Made by a program: the position numbers and the translations under genes
DNA from: Vermamoeba vermiformis
Taxonomy: Eukaryota
Length of the DNA stretch: 64,000 nt
Direction: 5' to 3'
Assembly (NCBI GenBank): GCA_045837725.1
Contig: JBEWZL010000124.1
Span: 248,001-312,000, forward strand
Notes under the pieces: generated by a model
What the model saw: the letters and a program-made list of their open reading frames with translations, nothing else
Database searches by the model: none
What the model was told of the DNA's origin: nothing
Shown here: one piece after another, positions 1 through 11,851 of the stretch
Position numbering within the stretch: the stretch's first letter is position 1
How the letters are laid out: each line of letters opens with the position of its first letter

Positions 1-367
1 TTTTCCGAACTTTACTCCGTAGCTAGTTCCAGATTAAATCCGATCTTTTTGGGAAGCAGCTGTAGCTTTTTTAAGAGCAGAAGTGATTATTTTCCAAACT
101 CGAGTTTCAGCCAGGAGATTGAAAAATGGGCTGAAAATTGCCAGATCAATTAACGTTGTTTGTACAGGCACCTGAGACCCTTTTGCCGATTGTAATAAAA
201 TATTGCCCTTATATTCATATTCACAGAAATTTTTCGTGAAACGCAACCGCTCTCGTGCTTCGTGTAAATTACGCGGTTACGAAAAATCGGAAAATGACGC
301 AAACAAAAAATCGACACAACTCGACTGAGGTTAATTATTTGCTTATAGTACGCAACCACAATTGAAA

Positions 368-2433
368 ATGGAAAATACTGCTCATTCAAACACTCGTGCG
401 CAGCATCTAGCGAGTTTTATGCAGCGAGCCACTGCTTACATAGAGGAGGCAAAGAAGCATGAAAGGGAGGAGAAATTTGACGGAGCCATTAGTAATTATA
501 ATAACGCAGTCGATTTATTGGAGATTATTCGAAAGAGTAAGTGAAACACGAATTGTCGGATTTACAAGGCACCACCTAATTTTATTTTATGGAAAAAATA
601 TCGGGTTAATAATATTAACACGTAAATCAGACAAAAAATTACCCAATGTTCCAAACGGAAATTTTTGAAATTTTCATAAAATCGGATCTGACCAAATTTT
701 AGATGAGGCAGACGTCACTAAGGCTACGGAGCTTCAAACTCAAATAGACCACATCAAATTTAGACTGGCTCAGCTTGACGGTGTCAAAGAATTAAATTCA
801 GACTTACTAGCCCCGCTCGCAAGCCTCCCGAACACCTCAGGATCTGGTAATTTCCTAATTACCACATAATATATTTTAAATTTATAAAGCGCCGCATTAT
901 TTAGCAGGCGCCGCCCTCTATACATTTTACTAATATTTAGGTATGTAGACGCAAATGTCTCGTTCCAAGTGGTGTACGAAAGTCGCGGTGTGCAATGCTT
1001 TTTGATCGAAAGTTTCAACGAAGGCAATGAAATTAAGCGAACGGATTTAGCTTCAAATTCGCACTTGGTCATATTAAAACAATCGTAAGTAACAATTATT
1101 GCTACCACTAATCAAAAAGCAATGTGGGATCGGATAACTTACTTTTTACCTTTTTTAGTAACGGACCACTTGGCATCCTTAAAGTCGAAGGAGTAATGGA
1201 TTACCCGTTAACTTCACAAGTCCCGTGCCTCAGCAGCGGCCCTGGCAGATACACTTTCGCATTGCCAATGCAGAACACATTCTTAGGCCTCACTATCACG
1301 TACGACTTTATTATCAAACACCTTACAAAAACTAACGTGCGGTTTACTGCAGAGCCGATGAAAGGAGTATTAAATTGTTCGAATCGATCGTGAGTGACCT
1401 CTGTGTGTTTAAGAAAGTCGTCGATCAGAGCGCTACAACGGACGTGATGGACAACAAGAAAGTCCAAGTAAGGGATATCAATTATTTGAATATACAAACT
1501 ACAGTTATTAACATCTTTCTGTTGCAGATTCGTGAATTGTCTAAGACTGAAAAGGTCGTTAACGCGATTGAAGTCGGTGGAGGTGTGGTGGCACGTGGCA
1601 TTCAATCAGGCGCCTCGTACTTGAAGTCATGGATCGAACAGTAAGTAGGACACATCGAAAGTATACTTTGAACTTATTCATAACGATGTGTCTGTTAGGG
1701 GAGGCAAATATTTGACGAGCAATATCCAGCCTAATGCTGAGCCGTCAAAAGTGCCAGAAGGTGTCAAGACAGGTGTCAACGTCGTGTCAAAAATTTCACC
1801 GGTCGCCGTACAAAGTAAGAACTCTTATTTCATCATTAACGTCGAGCTTAATATTCATATAATGTATTGTTTAGTTTCTACTGCCGCTGTTGAAGGTCTC
1901 GGTTATATTGCCTCGAAAGTTGGTGGCGCAATTCTTTCTTCTCTACCAGCACCTGACGTAAGTGTTATTGCACGTGCTTTTGTCTTTGCAACAATTTTGC
2001 TGATCGTATTTATGTTAGACCGAAGGCAGCGTTGCAATGAATAGTATGGCTCAAGTAGGAAAGGCTTCTATTTCTGCTGTTGGTATGCAAGATCTAGATC
2101 CAAAAAAGAAAATTTATTTTACTAACGAAATTTCATTTAGTCAACGTTTGGGACAGCTTGCTAGTTGCTGGAGAGTCTATATTTGACACGACTAGTGCCA
2201 CCACAAGCGACGTCGTACAAAAAAGGTACGGCGAAGAAGCTGGCGAAGTTTCCAAGAAAAGTTTCGGTGTTGCCTCCGACGTGTTTAAAACAGCCAATAA
2301 CTTTGGAAATATGGGCGTAAGAGCATTGGCTAGACACGCAGTGAAACACTATTTTATTCGTCAAGAGAACGGCGTTATGAAAGAAGTTAGTGTGGATCAA
2401 GCTCCAAAATACATGGTTGAAAGCCAGCTTTAA
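368..2433 (+). CDS. SPG20: Spartin-like protein (N-terminal MIT domain, C-terminal senescence domain), multi-exon
   Basis: MIT-like helix ATAYIEEAKKHEREEKFDGAISNYNNAVDLL; senescence-domain segments (GGGVVARGIQSGASYL, VWDSLLVAGESIFDTTSATTSDVVQKRYGEEAGEV) joined by GT-AG introns. Confidence 0.85.
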
Positions 2434-2528
2434 ACAATAATTGTAAATAAAACTCGAATATTGATACTAAATATTCATTGCGAGTACTACTAGAGTCATT
2501 TGAATGACAAATAAGTTGTGGATCCGAT

Positions 2529-4158
2529 TCAACGATCGACTTTTAATATAGGGATGATTATGGCCACAAAGCTGACTAAAACTGATACAATTATAATAGC
2601 TGAAGCTGTGTAGCGAGGTCGGTCAGGTCTAGAAGACAATTTGGGGCTTGCTGGTTTCGCTTGGGAAGATTCATCGTCTTTGTGCTGTAGATTCCACCTG
2701 CAAAGAAACAAAGTCAATAACTTTGTGATGATCAACCATGCCTTAAGATAAAAACAATTTATGTGTCTTACGTACGTCATTCTCGCCAAAGCATCATCAC
2801 CAATCTCTTGCAACATCTCGTTGAGATTGCCACGAGGATATTGTTTGCACGACACTTCAAAGTACTTCATGTGAAGTTCACTAGCGACCATCTGATTATG
2901 CATTTAATTAGCAAAGTATCTCAAGATAACGAAATTTCACGTCGTCACTCGTTCATTAACCAATGAAGCATGATCAACCATACCTGGGCCTCTTCTTTGG
3001 AGATGGCGCGGTTCTGGTCCATATCGCTCTTCAAACCAACTAAATAAAGCTGCACTTGTGGCATCAACTCACGGAGGTGATGGCACTGCGAGAGCGTTAG
3101 TTCCATGAGCTGGACAAAGCTGGATCTGCTGTCAATAGCAAAGCACAACAAAATCGACTGTGCACCGCGGATATAGGCTGCAGAAATATGTCGAAATCTG
3201 TTGAACTAAAGATCGGTGTTAATCACCATTGAAAATCATATGCATTTTGATCTTTCGCCGGGTAAGGTGACGATGACACTTTGACACTTTGACACGTGTC
3301 ATTATTAAGCTATCCCGCTGACACTTACATAATAGTTGTCCCACTAGTCAATTTTAAATGGTTAGTATCCGTTTTTATATTGTAGCTTTTACGTACGATC
3401 TGCAGCCTAACTGAAATGTCATCGTCGTTCGTAATGTCTTTATGCACCTGGGATCACAATCTGATGAGTTGGTTCGACGAAACTATTCTATTAATGTCAG
3501 CTTACAAAGTCAAGCCATACTTTGTTGGAGCCTATGCTCACATCGTTGCAATATTGGTCATCCTGGATCTAGTTAGTACTGACGAAAAAAATCGTAACTT
3601 ACGATGAGAGTCTGGATTAATGTTGTTTTACCAGCCCCTACCGGACCAAATAAGACCATTTTGATTATGCAAGCATATTCTGGATTGGTCGTTGTAACGG
3701 TAGTGCGTTGTCTTTGTATCCGATCGGAGATCCAGCTGCGTTGGGTTAATTCGAGTAAGACGAATAAAGGCGGGGCATACTATTGTTTAATCTCTTCTTT
3801 AGTTGCTTTTCGATGCGTTGGTCGACTAGTGAAGTACGATATGACGTCTATTTTTGGGTTGGTTATGTTTTTCAAATAAATAAATATTGAATAATTAATT
3901 AAATAAATTGACAGGAGTTTGCAAAAGGTAGACTTTTTCTACGGTAGCAATTAATATTGGCAGAATAGATTTGATTAAATCATTTCTTACTTGATCTAAC
4001 TTACCTTGGTCCCATTTTACGTCATTTATGTTCGCAAGGGATTTTCTGCTTTTAATTTCATTGAAAAACAGCCATGATACGCGCTTGCACGAGATAACGT
4101 CGCGATAATTGGTGACGAAGTTGAGGATGTGGCACCAAATCTCCGTTGGAACGTCCAT
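2529..4158 (-). CDS. F-box / Rab-like GTPase fusion, copy 1, C-terminal TM anchor
   Basis: F-box MDVPTEIWCHILNFVTNYRDVISCKRVS; P-loop GPVGAGKT; LQI-WD; RFRHISAAYIRGA; G4 VGLKSD; G5 FEVSCK; hydrophobic tail ASAIIIVSVLVSFVAIIIPIL. Confidence 0.85.
3274..3301. promoter_or_regulatory. Conserved intronic TGACAC-repeat/palindrome element, candidate splicing enhancer
   Basis: TGACACTTTGACACTTTGACACGTGTCA is identical at 6794-6821 in the homologous intron of copy 3. Confidence 0.5.
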
Positions 4159-4293
4159 TGCAGGTACCGTAGTATATTTATATATCTTATGCATTTAATT
4201 TAATCGAAAAGTACAAAAAAATGAGGAAACGCGGTCGTAAAAGACATTTTCAGGTCATGAAAGAAATTTCGTTGAAATTATCCGATTTTCCGT

Positions 4294-6013
4294 TTACCAT
4301 AAATTAGCGATTGCCACCGCTACTAATACAACAGCAGAGGATATAACCAATGCCAATCCGCTACGAGATTGATTTGATCTCGAGTACGATTCAGATCTTG
4401 ACTTTTTCTTTCGGTTTCTCATTATCTTCATGCAATTTGCTCCATCTGTATTTTAAAGATGAGTATCGATTGTATCAATAAATAAATGTATTTACATCAA
4501 CGTACTAAATTAATTCTCTTACGTCATTCTCGCCAATGCATCTTCACCAATCTCTTGCAACATTTCGTTGAGATTGCCACGAGGATATTGTTTGCACGAC
4601 ACTTCAAAGTACTTCATGTGAAGTTCACTAGCGACCCACTAAATACCAAACTAGCTAAATTTCATGAACGCAAAAGTTGTGTGTACATTCCGGGAAAGGA
4701 TCATAAAAATGCTTGACCGAACGCAGACACTAAAATCATCCATGAAGGAGCTAAGTGCCCGATTGGCTTTTCGTCCCGCTTTGTATTACTCGGATCTGTC
4801 TGTACCTGAGCCTCGTCATATGACACTTCATCAGTTGTCAAATCGTCTTTCAATCCAACGAGGTAAAACTGTTCATGATCCAATCGCATTCGATGTTCAT
4901 AACACAGCGCTAATGTCTCTTCAAGCAATTCAATCAAGCTGGATCTGTCGTTAACGGCGAAACACAACAGAACGACACTAGAACCGCGGAAATATGACGT
5001 GAGAATCAATTTCTTAAACCGCTCGGCCTAATAAAACTTAGATAATGTATAACGAAGGCTAATTTTAGACCTCGTTCAACGTGTCAAATTTGACATTTAA
5101 GTTCGGACCTCAAATGTCAACTTATAACTTACGTGATATGTGTCCCACTAATAAAAAAACATTACTATATATAACTATTATATATACGCGTGGCTTACAA
5201 TTTGAAGCTTCGCTGACACGCCGTCGCTGTTTGTGATGAGTTTTTGGACCTAACAAATGCCGTTAATGAAGTTATTTAAACGCTTGCTAACTTACTATTA
5301 CAAACTCCTCTCGCACTCTAATGCTGCCCAAATATGGCTCGTCTTCGCTGTACCTTCCTTGCTAGAGGTAAAATTTTTAACTGAAGTTCGGATCTAACAA
5401 AAACTTACGGCTATTGTTCGTCTCAACGCAGATTTTCTGACTTTCGAAGGGCCTACGATGACTGATCTTGACTAAAAAGAGATATTCTCCGTCAATATTT
5501 GACTTTCGCTCTTCAGGAGGGCACGAGATCCAACTACAAGGATTGAATTAAACGACTAATCATTTCAATAAGGAAGTGGTTCATACTACTGTTTGATCTC
5601 TTCTTTAGTAGCTCGAGGATAGGTTTTGTTATTGGTAAAATACGCTGCAATCTCTGTTTTAAAGCGGCGAAAGTCAGATCGATTTTCAAATAAAATTAAA
5701 ATAATTCAAATTAAATTAGCAAAACGAATATCATGTATTATAAATTACATTCTTGCCGAATTTATAGTTTAGGAATATTTAAAACGGGCGAATAAGAAAA
5801 ACTTGAAATTGTATTTGCCGACGTACCTTCGTCCAATTGAACGCCTAAAACATTCGAAATAGCTTTCTCGTATTTAATAATACTGTATAACTGTCGAGAT
5901 ATTCGCTTGCAAGATATTAAATCGCGAAAATTGGTTATTAAATTGAGGATGTGGCACCAAATCTCTGTTGGTAATTCGGGAGCGCTTGATTCGTGCTTCG
6001 GGATGCCGTCCAT
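4294..6013 (-). pseudogene. F-box / Rab-like GTPase fusion, copy 2 (frameshifted as given; pseudogene or assembly error)
   Basis: F-box LPTEIWCHILNLI; +1 shift near 5463 before P-loop GPSKVRKS; WDTYH; VGLKDD; FEVSCK; TGA at 4391 precedes an out-of-frame TM tail GLALVISSAVVLVAVAIANLW. Confidence 0.65.
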
Positions 6014-6200
6014 GATCTTACTTCCACTGTTTAATAAATTAATCAATTGAACGTGATTTTGCTAATTTTTGTTGAGGGCTCACAAAAATTTATTTGAACG
6101 AGGTGACGTCTTAGAGGCCTCATTGGAGGTTCTTCCGATCCTGAAAGCAATAGCCGCCAAGTAATAAAGAAAAAAAGGACAAAATCCGTCACGATTTCAT

Positions 6201-7709
6201 TCACACAATGACGCACATTCGTGTCGTGCTTGGTTTTACCACTTCTTCTAGTTCTTGTAGTTTGATCCCTCTACGCCACATTAATAGAAGTGTTAATATA
6301 AGACAGTTAGAAAACAATTAAGGACTTAATTCGATGTTAAGTAAACGTACGTCATTCGTGGCCAATGCATCTTCACCAATCTCTTGCAACATTTCGTTGA
6401 GATTGCCACGAGGATATTGTTTGCACGACACTTCAAAGTACTTCATGTGAAGTTCACCAGCCACCGCCTAAACAGTGAGGTTAAACTTAAGTTTTCATGA
6501 ACGGTGAAAAATGTTCCGTACTTCAGCCTCGTCAACTGACACTGCACGATCTTGCGCCAAATCAGCCTTCAATCCAACGAGATAGAACTCAGGGTGTTCC
6601 ATGACATTTAAGCTGTTAAAACATTGCACGAGTGTTTCTTCGAACAGCTTGATAAAAGTAGATCTGTCGTCGATAGCAAAGCACAACAATACTGCGTTAG
6701 TTCTTTTTAACATAGGTTGACGAGGGAAATACTGAAATCAACTAATATTAGTTCAAGGCTTGAAGACATCAACCAAAACGAAGCTGTCGAAAGTGACACT
6801 TTGACACTTTGACACGTGTCACTCTCAAATTCCATGGCTACTTACCCAGCACGTGTCCCACTGATAAGAAATTTAGAATTATATTACGTTAATCACAGTA
6901 ATGTCATTTGAAACTTACAATTTGAAGGTTTACAGGCACACCGTCTTTGTTCGTTACTCTTCTAACTACCTGGCAATGCTATGTAAACTTCATTGCCGCA
7001 CTTAAATTAAACTTACAAAGTCCGTGCTAGTATCGTAATTGTTGTAACAATCGTACTAATTATGTTAACAGACATTAGTAATTTTTTAGCGGATCCAAAA
7101 AACAAGATTAATCGTACCTGCAGAGTTCGTTTTATCGTCGATTTGCCAACCTTGCATCTATATGGACCCATAATAACTGTTTTGACGAGATACAAATATT
7201 CATCGCCGGATCTGTAGTCGACTAACCGCTTCGTAAGACGGGAGAGCCAACTAAGAGCGCATCAATTACGTCAATAGTTGAAGTTGAATAACAGCTTACA
7301 ATTGCTTGATTTGTCTTTGAGTAGCACAAGGATGCATTGGTCGACTGGCAAAATAGGATGTCACGTCTGTTGATTGAGGTCAGATCCAATTTTCAAATAA
7401 AAAGACGAATTTCCATCCTAATTATTTCATAGATAATTTTTTTAAAACTCGATATAAATTATAATTATGATAATTAATTTAACTCTACAGCTAATCTTGC
7501 AAACTTAATTTCTCGAGAGACTTACTTTGGTCCCATTTCACTCCAAGATACGAAAGAATTATCTTATTTGAAGATTCTCCATAAAATAGTTTCGACACTC
7601 GCTTGCACGAGATGATATCGCGAGGACGAGTCACGAAGTTGAGGATGTGGCACCAAATCTCGTTCGGCAATTCCACTTTACGTTTATTGGGCCAAAGAAA
7701 GTTTAACAT
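6201..7709 (-). CDS. F-box / Rab-like GTPase fusion, copy 3, C-terminal CaaX (CVIV)
   Basis: F-box LPNEIWCHILNFV; P-loop GPYRCKVGKS; WDTCW; VGLKAD; FEVSCK; last exon ends RMCVIV* if one extra base near 6360 is removed. Confidence 0.75.
6794..6821. promoter_or_regulatory. Second copy of the intronic TGACAC element
   Basis: 28/28 identity with 3274-3301. Confidence 0.5.
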
Positions 7710-7837
7710 AGCTATATTACAGCTGTGAGTATGTATTCCACTCGAAAAATAATGCAACTGAGCAGGAGGAAAAAATCACGTGCTGATCAATTTTGGTTCC
7801 GGACGCCAACACTCATTTTCCAATCCTTTTGGACAAG

Positions 7838-10158
7838 ATGAACAATCCCTTGTATTATATAACCATATTTTTATATTTATTCTCAATTTTGAGGACTGCA
7901 ACGGCAGAACAACAACTGTTGCAAAATGTTGAAGGAAGATCTGCACCTACAGTGATGTATATACCGCTAGATGAACGATTTACGACAAGGTATCTATAAT
8001 AAAGATATGTAATGGTGTTTTGAACAATTCAGATTGTTGCGAACTACAGTGCTCGCACGAATATTTTCTCCGATAAATATCCAAACAAATTTTTTAATTA
8101 ATTTAAATGCATATAATCGAGTACTATAATTAATATTGCTTTGTCAGGTTTGCGTTCTTAAATCTAGCCAAAACTACGCCTTACAAAGTGCTGACACCAT
8201 CAATGGATCTGATTTCTCATTTGAAAGTGCCAGCACCGATTCAACAGCTCACTAATTGGATCATGACTAATGTACAACACTCCGATTATGCGGCGATATC
8301 CGCTGAGATGTTTCTGTAAGCTACATCCGTTTGCGAAAATTCGTCTAACAAACATTCATGCCAGTTATGGAGGGCTTATTCAAAGTCGCCGCGACCATTA
8401 GCAATAATACATATGATGATATTAATGCGCGCCTGCAACTGCTAATTGGCATTAAAAAGCAATACCCGAATTTGAAGCTATTTTTGGCAACAGTTGTCAT
8501 GCGCATTCCAGCTTACAACGGAGATTTTGAAGAGCCTTGGTATTGGGCTAACTATGGATATGATCTATACTGCTATTCGTTCTATCAGGACAAGTACGAA
8601 AGTAGATCAAATTCTCATTCAATGCGCTTATTATTTTCCTTATTAGGTATAATATGCTTGGAAATCCAGCGGACCTCAAACAAGCGCAACAATGCGAGTC
8701 TCAAGTGCCTAAACACATCGTCAGAGAATTCTTATGGAGAAGATCTCGTAACTTTAACATTACTCGAGATCTGATTATAGCTCTCGCGCAATCGCCAGCC
8801 AGTACGAATATTCTATACTACTATATAGCTATAATAATAACCTATATTACTAGACAACAGACTATTGGAACAGATGTACATTACTTTGGACGACAATGCT
8901 CGTACGTACCGGAACTTTATCTTATTGAAATGATGCAGCTAGGCTAATCAATTCATTCAAAATAGAATATGGATTTAATATACGTGAAGCAGCACAACGT
9001 CGCGAGTTAGTAACCAAGCTCAATTTAACAAATTTGGTTTACATTTATCCGGGAGCTGACGAGGCACGTGTCATATATTCATGTCTAATAAGGCTATACT
9101 TATATACTATATTAGGTCGGACTTACTATGTTAGGCAAATTATCGACAAATTACGCAAAGTACCAGCCACGCATCCAACTCGTGTTCCGCGATCCAAACA
9201 CGATCTATTACATTCCAAACTACGAAGGTACAGTAGCTATATGTCGCGATTACTATACTAATACGAGTTTTTTATAGGCCAACCAATGATTGAAACGATT
9301 GAGCAGCAGATCCGCGGCGCAGGAGGAGTCATCGTGAATGACACGAACGCTGACATTTTGATGCTGGTCAATAACTTCAGCGAGGAACATCAGCTTGAAG
9401 CACCCAATCAGCCTATGAACCGCAACACTAGCGACTATAGTCCATTTAATACTTGGGTCCATAACAGAGTTCCAGGTCAAGTTGTTGGACTCGCGGATGT
9501 GAGGTAAGAACTGGTCAAAAAAAGCGTATATTGCATCGTAGGGTATAATAAGCTCTTCATATTGCCTCAGATATTCTAATGGCGGTGATCGAATGTTTTA
9601 CTCGTGGATGTTGGAACGGTTACAAGTCGACAATTTAAGAATGCAAGAGTTTGCTTACGCAGGTAAAAAATAACATTATTAAGTAAAATATGGCATGGTC
9701 CTGATATTTTTGATACGTAGGATGGAATACTGACGGCAATAAGCTCGGAACAGTAATTTCAAACTCGATCGTGCTTAGCTTGTTTAACCAAAAAGAGCAA
9801 AATACGTACTTCAATACTCTAAGACTACTAGAGGATATTTATTATCAAGCAATGTTGCGTCAGAACTTGATTGACTATGTTTATCTCACGAGTAAGTAGA
9901 TCGAGACGTTCGATCTAAACGACGCTCGCGCTTTTCTTATTTTTTACTGATGGCTATACTTACTCTATATATTATACAGGTGACTCGCCTAACAATTTGG
10001 CAGTCGATTTAGACTTCTACGAGCATTGGGTTTGGAAAGTACTGTCCGCGAACTACGCATCCATCAACCAGAATTACCAATTAGACTGGACCCTCGATAA
10101 CTGCTACTTCCCTTGGAATAGAACATTTGAGATCGGATTTTTTGCTAGCAATAACTAA
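7838..10158 (+). CDS. Secreted DUF4127-family protein, multi-exon
   Basis: Signal peptide; family motifs YIPLDERF, YGGLIQSR, YPGADEVG, YAGWNTDGN, FPWNRTFE; apparent frameshift near 8390. Confidence 0.75.
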
Positions 10159-10230
10159 GTAAGACAACTAAGCCAATAAAATGCCGATCGAAGTTTCGAA
10201 GACAAAATTTTACTACTTGTTTATTAAAAA

Positions 10231-10267
10231 TTTTTTTTTTTTTTTTTTTTTTTTTTGTTTTTTTTTT
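10231..10267. repeat. Poly(T) tract between convergent genes
   Basis: 37-nt T run with one G. Confidence 0.95.
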
Positions 10268-10317
10268 ATTATTGAATTAACGATAGCTACAAAGATTTAA
10301 ATAATCTATAAGAGATA

Positions 10318-10995
10318 TTACGCGATCGTAGAGTTACTGAATACGCATTGAAATTTGAAATTGGGGAGGTTATTTCGTTTGTCACTAGTCAATGCCGAAT
10401 TACATTTGCCCAGGGGTAATTTGTCGGAGAGAGTACAACTGTAAGGTGAACAACTTTTTTGGGTGCATTGGTACGTGTATATTGCGTTAGCATCGCAATC
10501 TGTTCTCAACCAGAGCTGCCATTTTGCCCCAACGGACGTACAATCCTTATTCCAATAGTATACTTCCTCGGTAAGGCTAAAAAGATATTATTACATTACT
10601 TGCAACAACAACTAACTGCTTCAAAATAGATCCGAAAGTGGTACCATTAAATTTTAAAAATAAATTTCTCTATTAGATGCGTTTGAAAACAAAATTGAAT
10701 TGGATTTTACGTACTCAGTGCAGGCTGAATCGTCGTAATATTGCTGTAAGATCCAATGGTCTTGGGCTTTTAAGTTCACCGGTTCATCGCACGTCGTCAA
10801 ACGAAAGTACGGCCTCTCGGTAGTGCAGCCGGGCGTGCATTCCGTTGTTCTATTCACAACGATTTTTTCTACGTATTCAGGATGGTCGCATCCATAGCCC
10901 ATATAGTAGGTAACCTTTAAATGCAGCTGTCCTTGCGTACAAAGGACCAGATGTACAATTCCAAAATATACAATAACACTTAGTAATTTATTCAT
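10318..10995 (-). CDS. Small secreted cysteine-rich protein, two exons
   Basis: Signal peptide MNKLLSVIVYFGIVHLVLC; many Cys in both exons; intron ~10578-10715. Confidence 0.7.
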
Positions 10996-11851
10996 TTATG
11001 ACTTCACTACCGAGTATGAAATAAATATACCAAGCGTAACTTGCATTATTTGTTAACTTACGCACGTTTTGCTCGCGGACCGATTAACGCTATTTCCGTC
11101 AGGAAGAAGGGAGAAAAAGGTATAATGAGGTTCGAAGTCATGGTCGTGGTGTGCGAAGATAATCTTCAGCGCGAGTAGCGTACAGTTTTCCACGAAATTT
11201 CCATTTTGTAACGGAGGAACATCATTTTGAATGATTCCTATCGGCAACATTGCATTTTAGATAGCTACTATAAGATTAATGATGGATATAAGCACGAGTC
11301 ACAACTCCAATACAAAAAATGTCGGGTCGTGATCTACAACTTAGTGGATCCACCGCGTCTCCTTCAAGCGAAACCCTGCCAATTTTCTCCGTAAGAGTTC
11401 GTTCATTCATAGTGAAGAGGGTACTACCTCCTGAAATGGATCGTGCGATTGAATGCAACAATTAATGTACTGGGAAATGAAACCTAAAAATGCATCGATC
11501 ACGCGCTTACATCCTAATAGAGTTATCAGAAAATTGGATTCGATTTCTATCTTTTTGGCTTTGAAATTTGCTCAATTTTCATTCAATTTGACAGAAAATT
11601 CGGCGCAGTGAATCAGTAGATTTCTTGGTGTTAAGACCATTGATTCATGAGTAAGTTAGTTATATTGCCAAGTTATAATAGTATCTAGAGTAATAAAAAG
11701 AAGCAGATCCGATCAAGTTTATCGCATCCAGTACAAAAAGTTACTCCGAAGTTCGTTTTCTCGAGAACATGATATTACATTTATTTTATTTACACTATAC
11801 AAAATTTTTATCAGTTTTAAGCACCTAAAACGAATCGCGTGACGGTGCCAA

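Noticed and set aside
2776-6470. Three regularly spaced direct repeats as a CRISPR-like array
   Set aside because: They are homologous exons of tandem paralogs ~1.8 kb apart
10231-10267. Poly(A) tail of a retroelement or retrocopy
   Set aside because: The adjacent gene retains an intron; no RT ORF or target-site duplication seen
11053-11650. Possible small spliced gene on the minus strand
   Set aside because: Short ORFs and splice-like sites, but no consistent gene model
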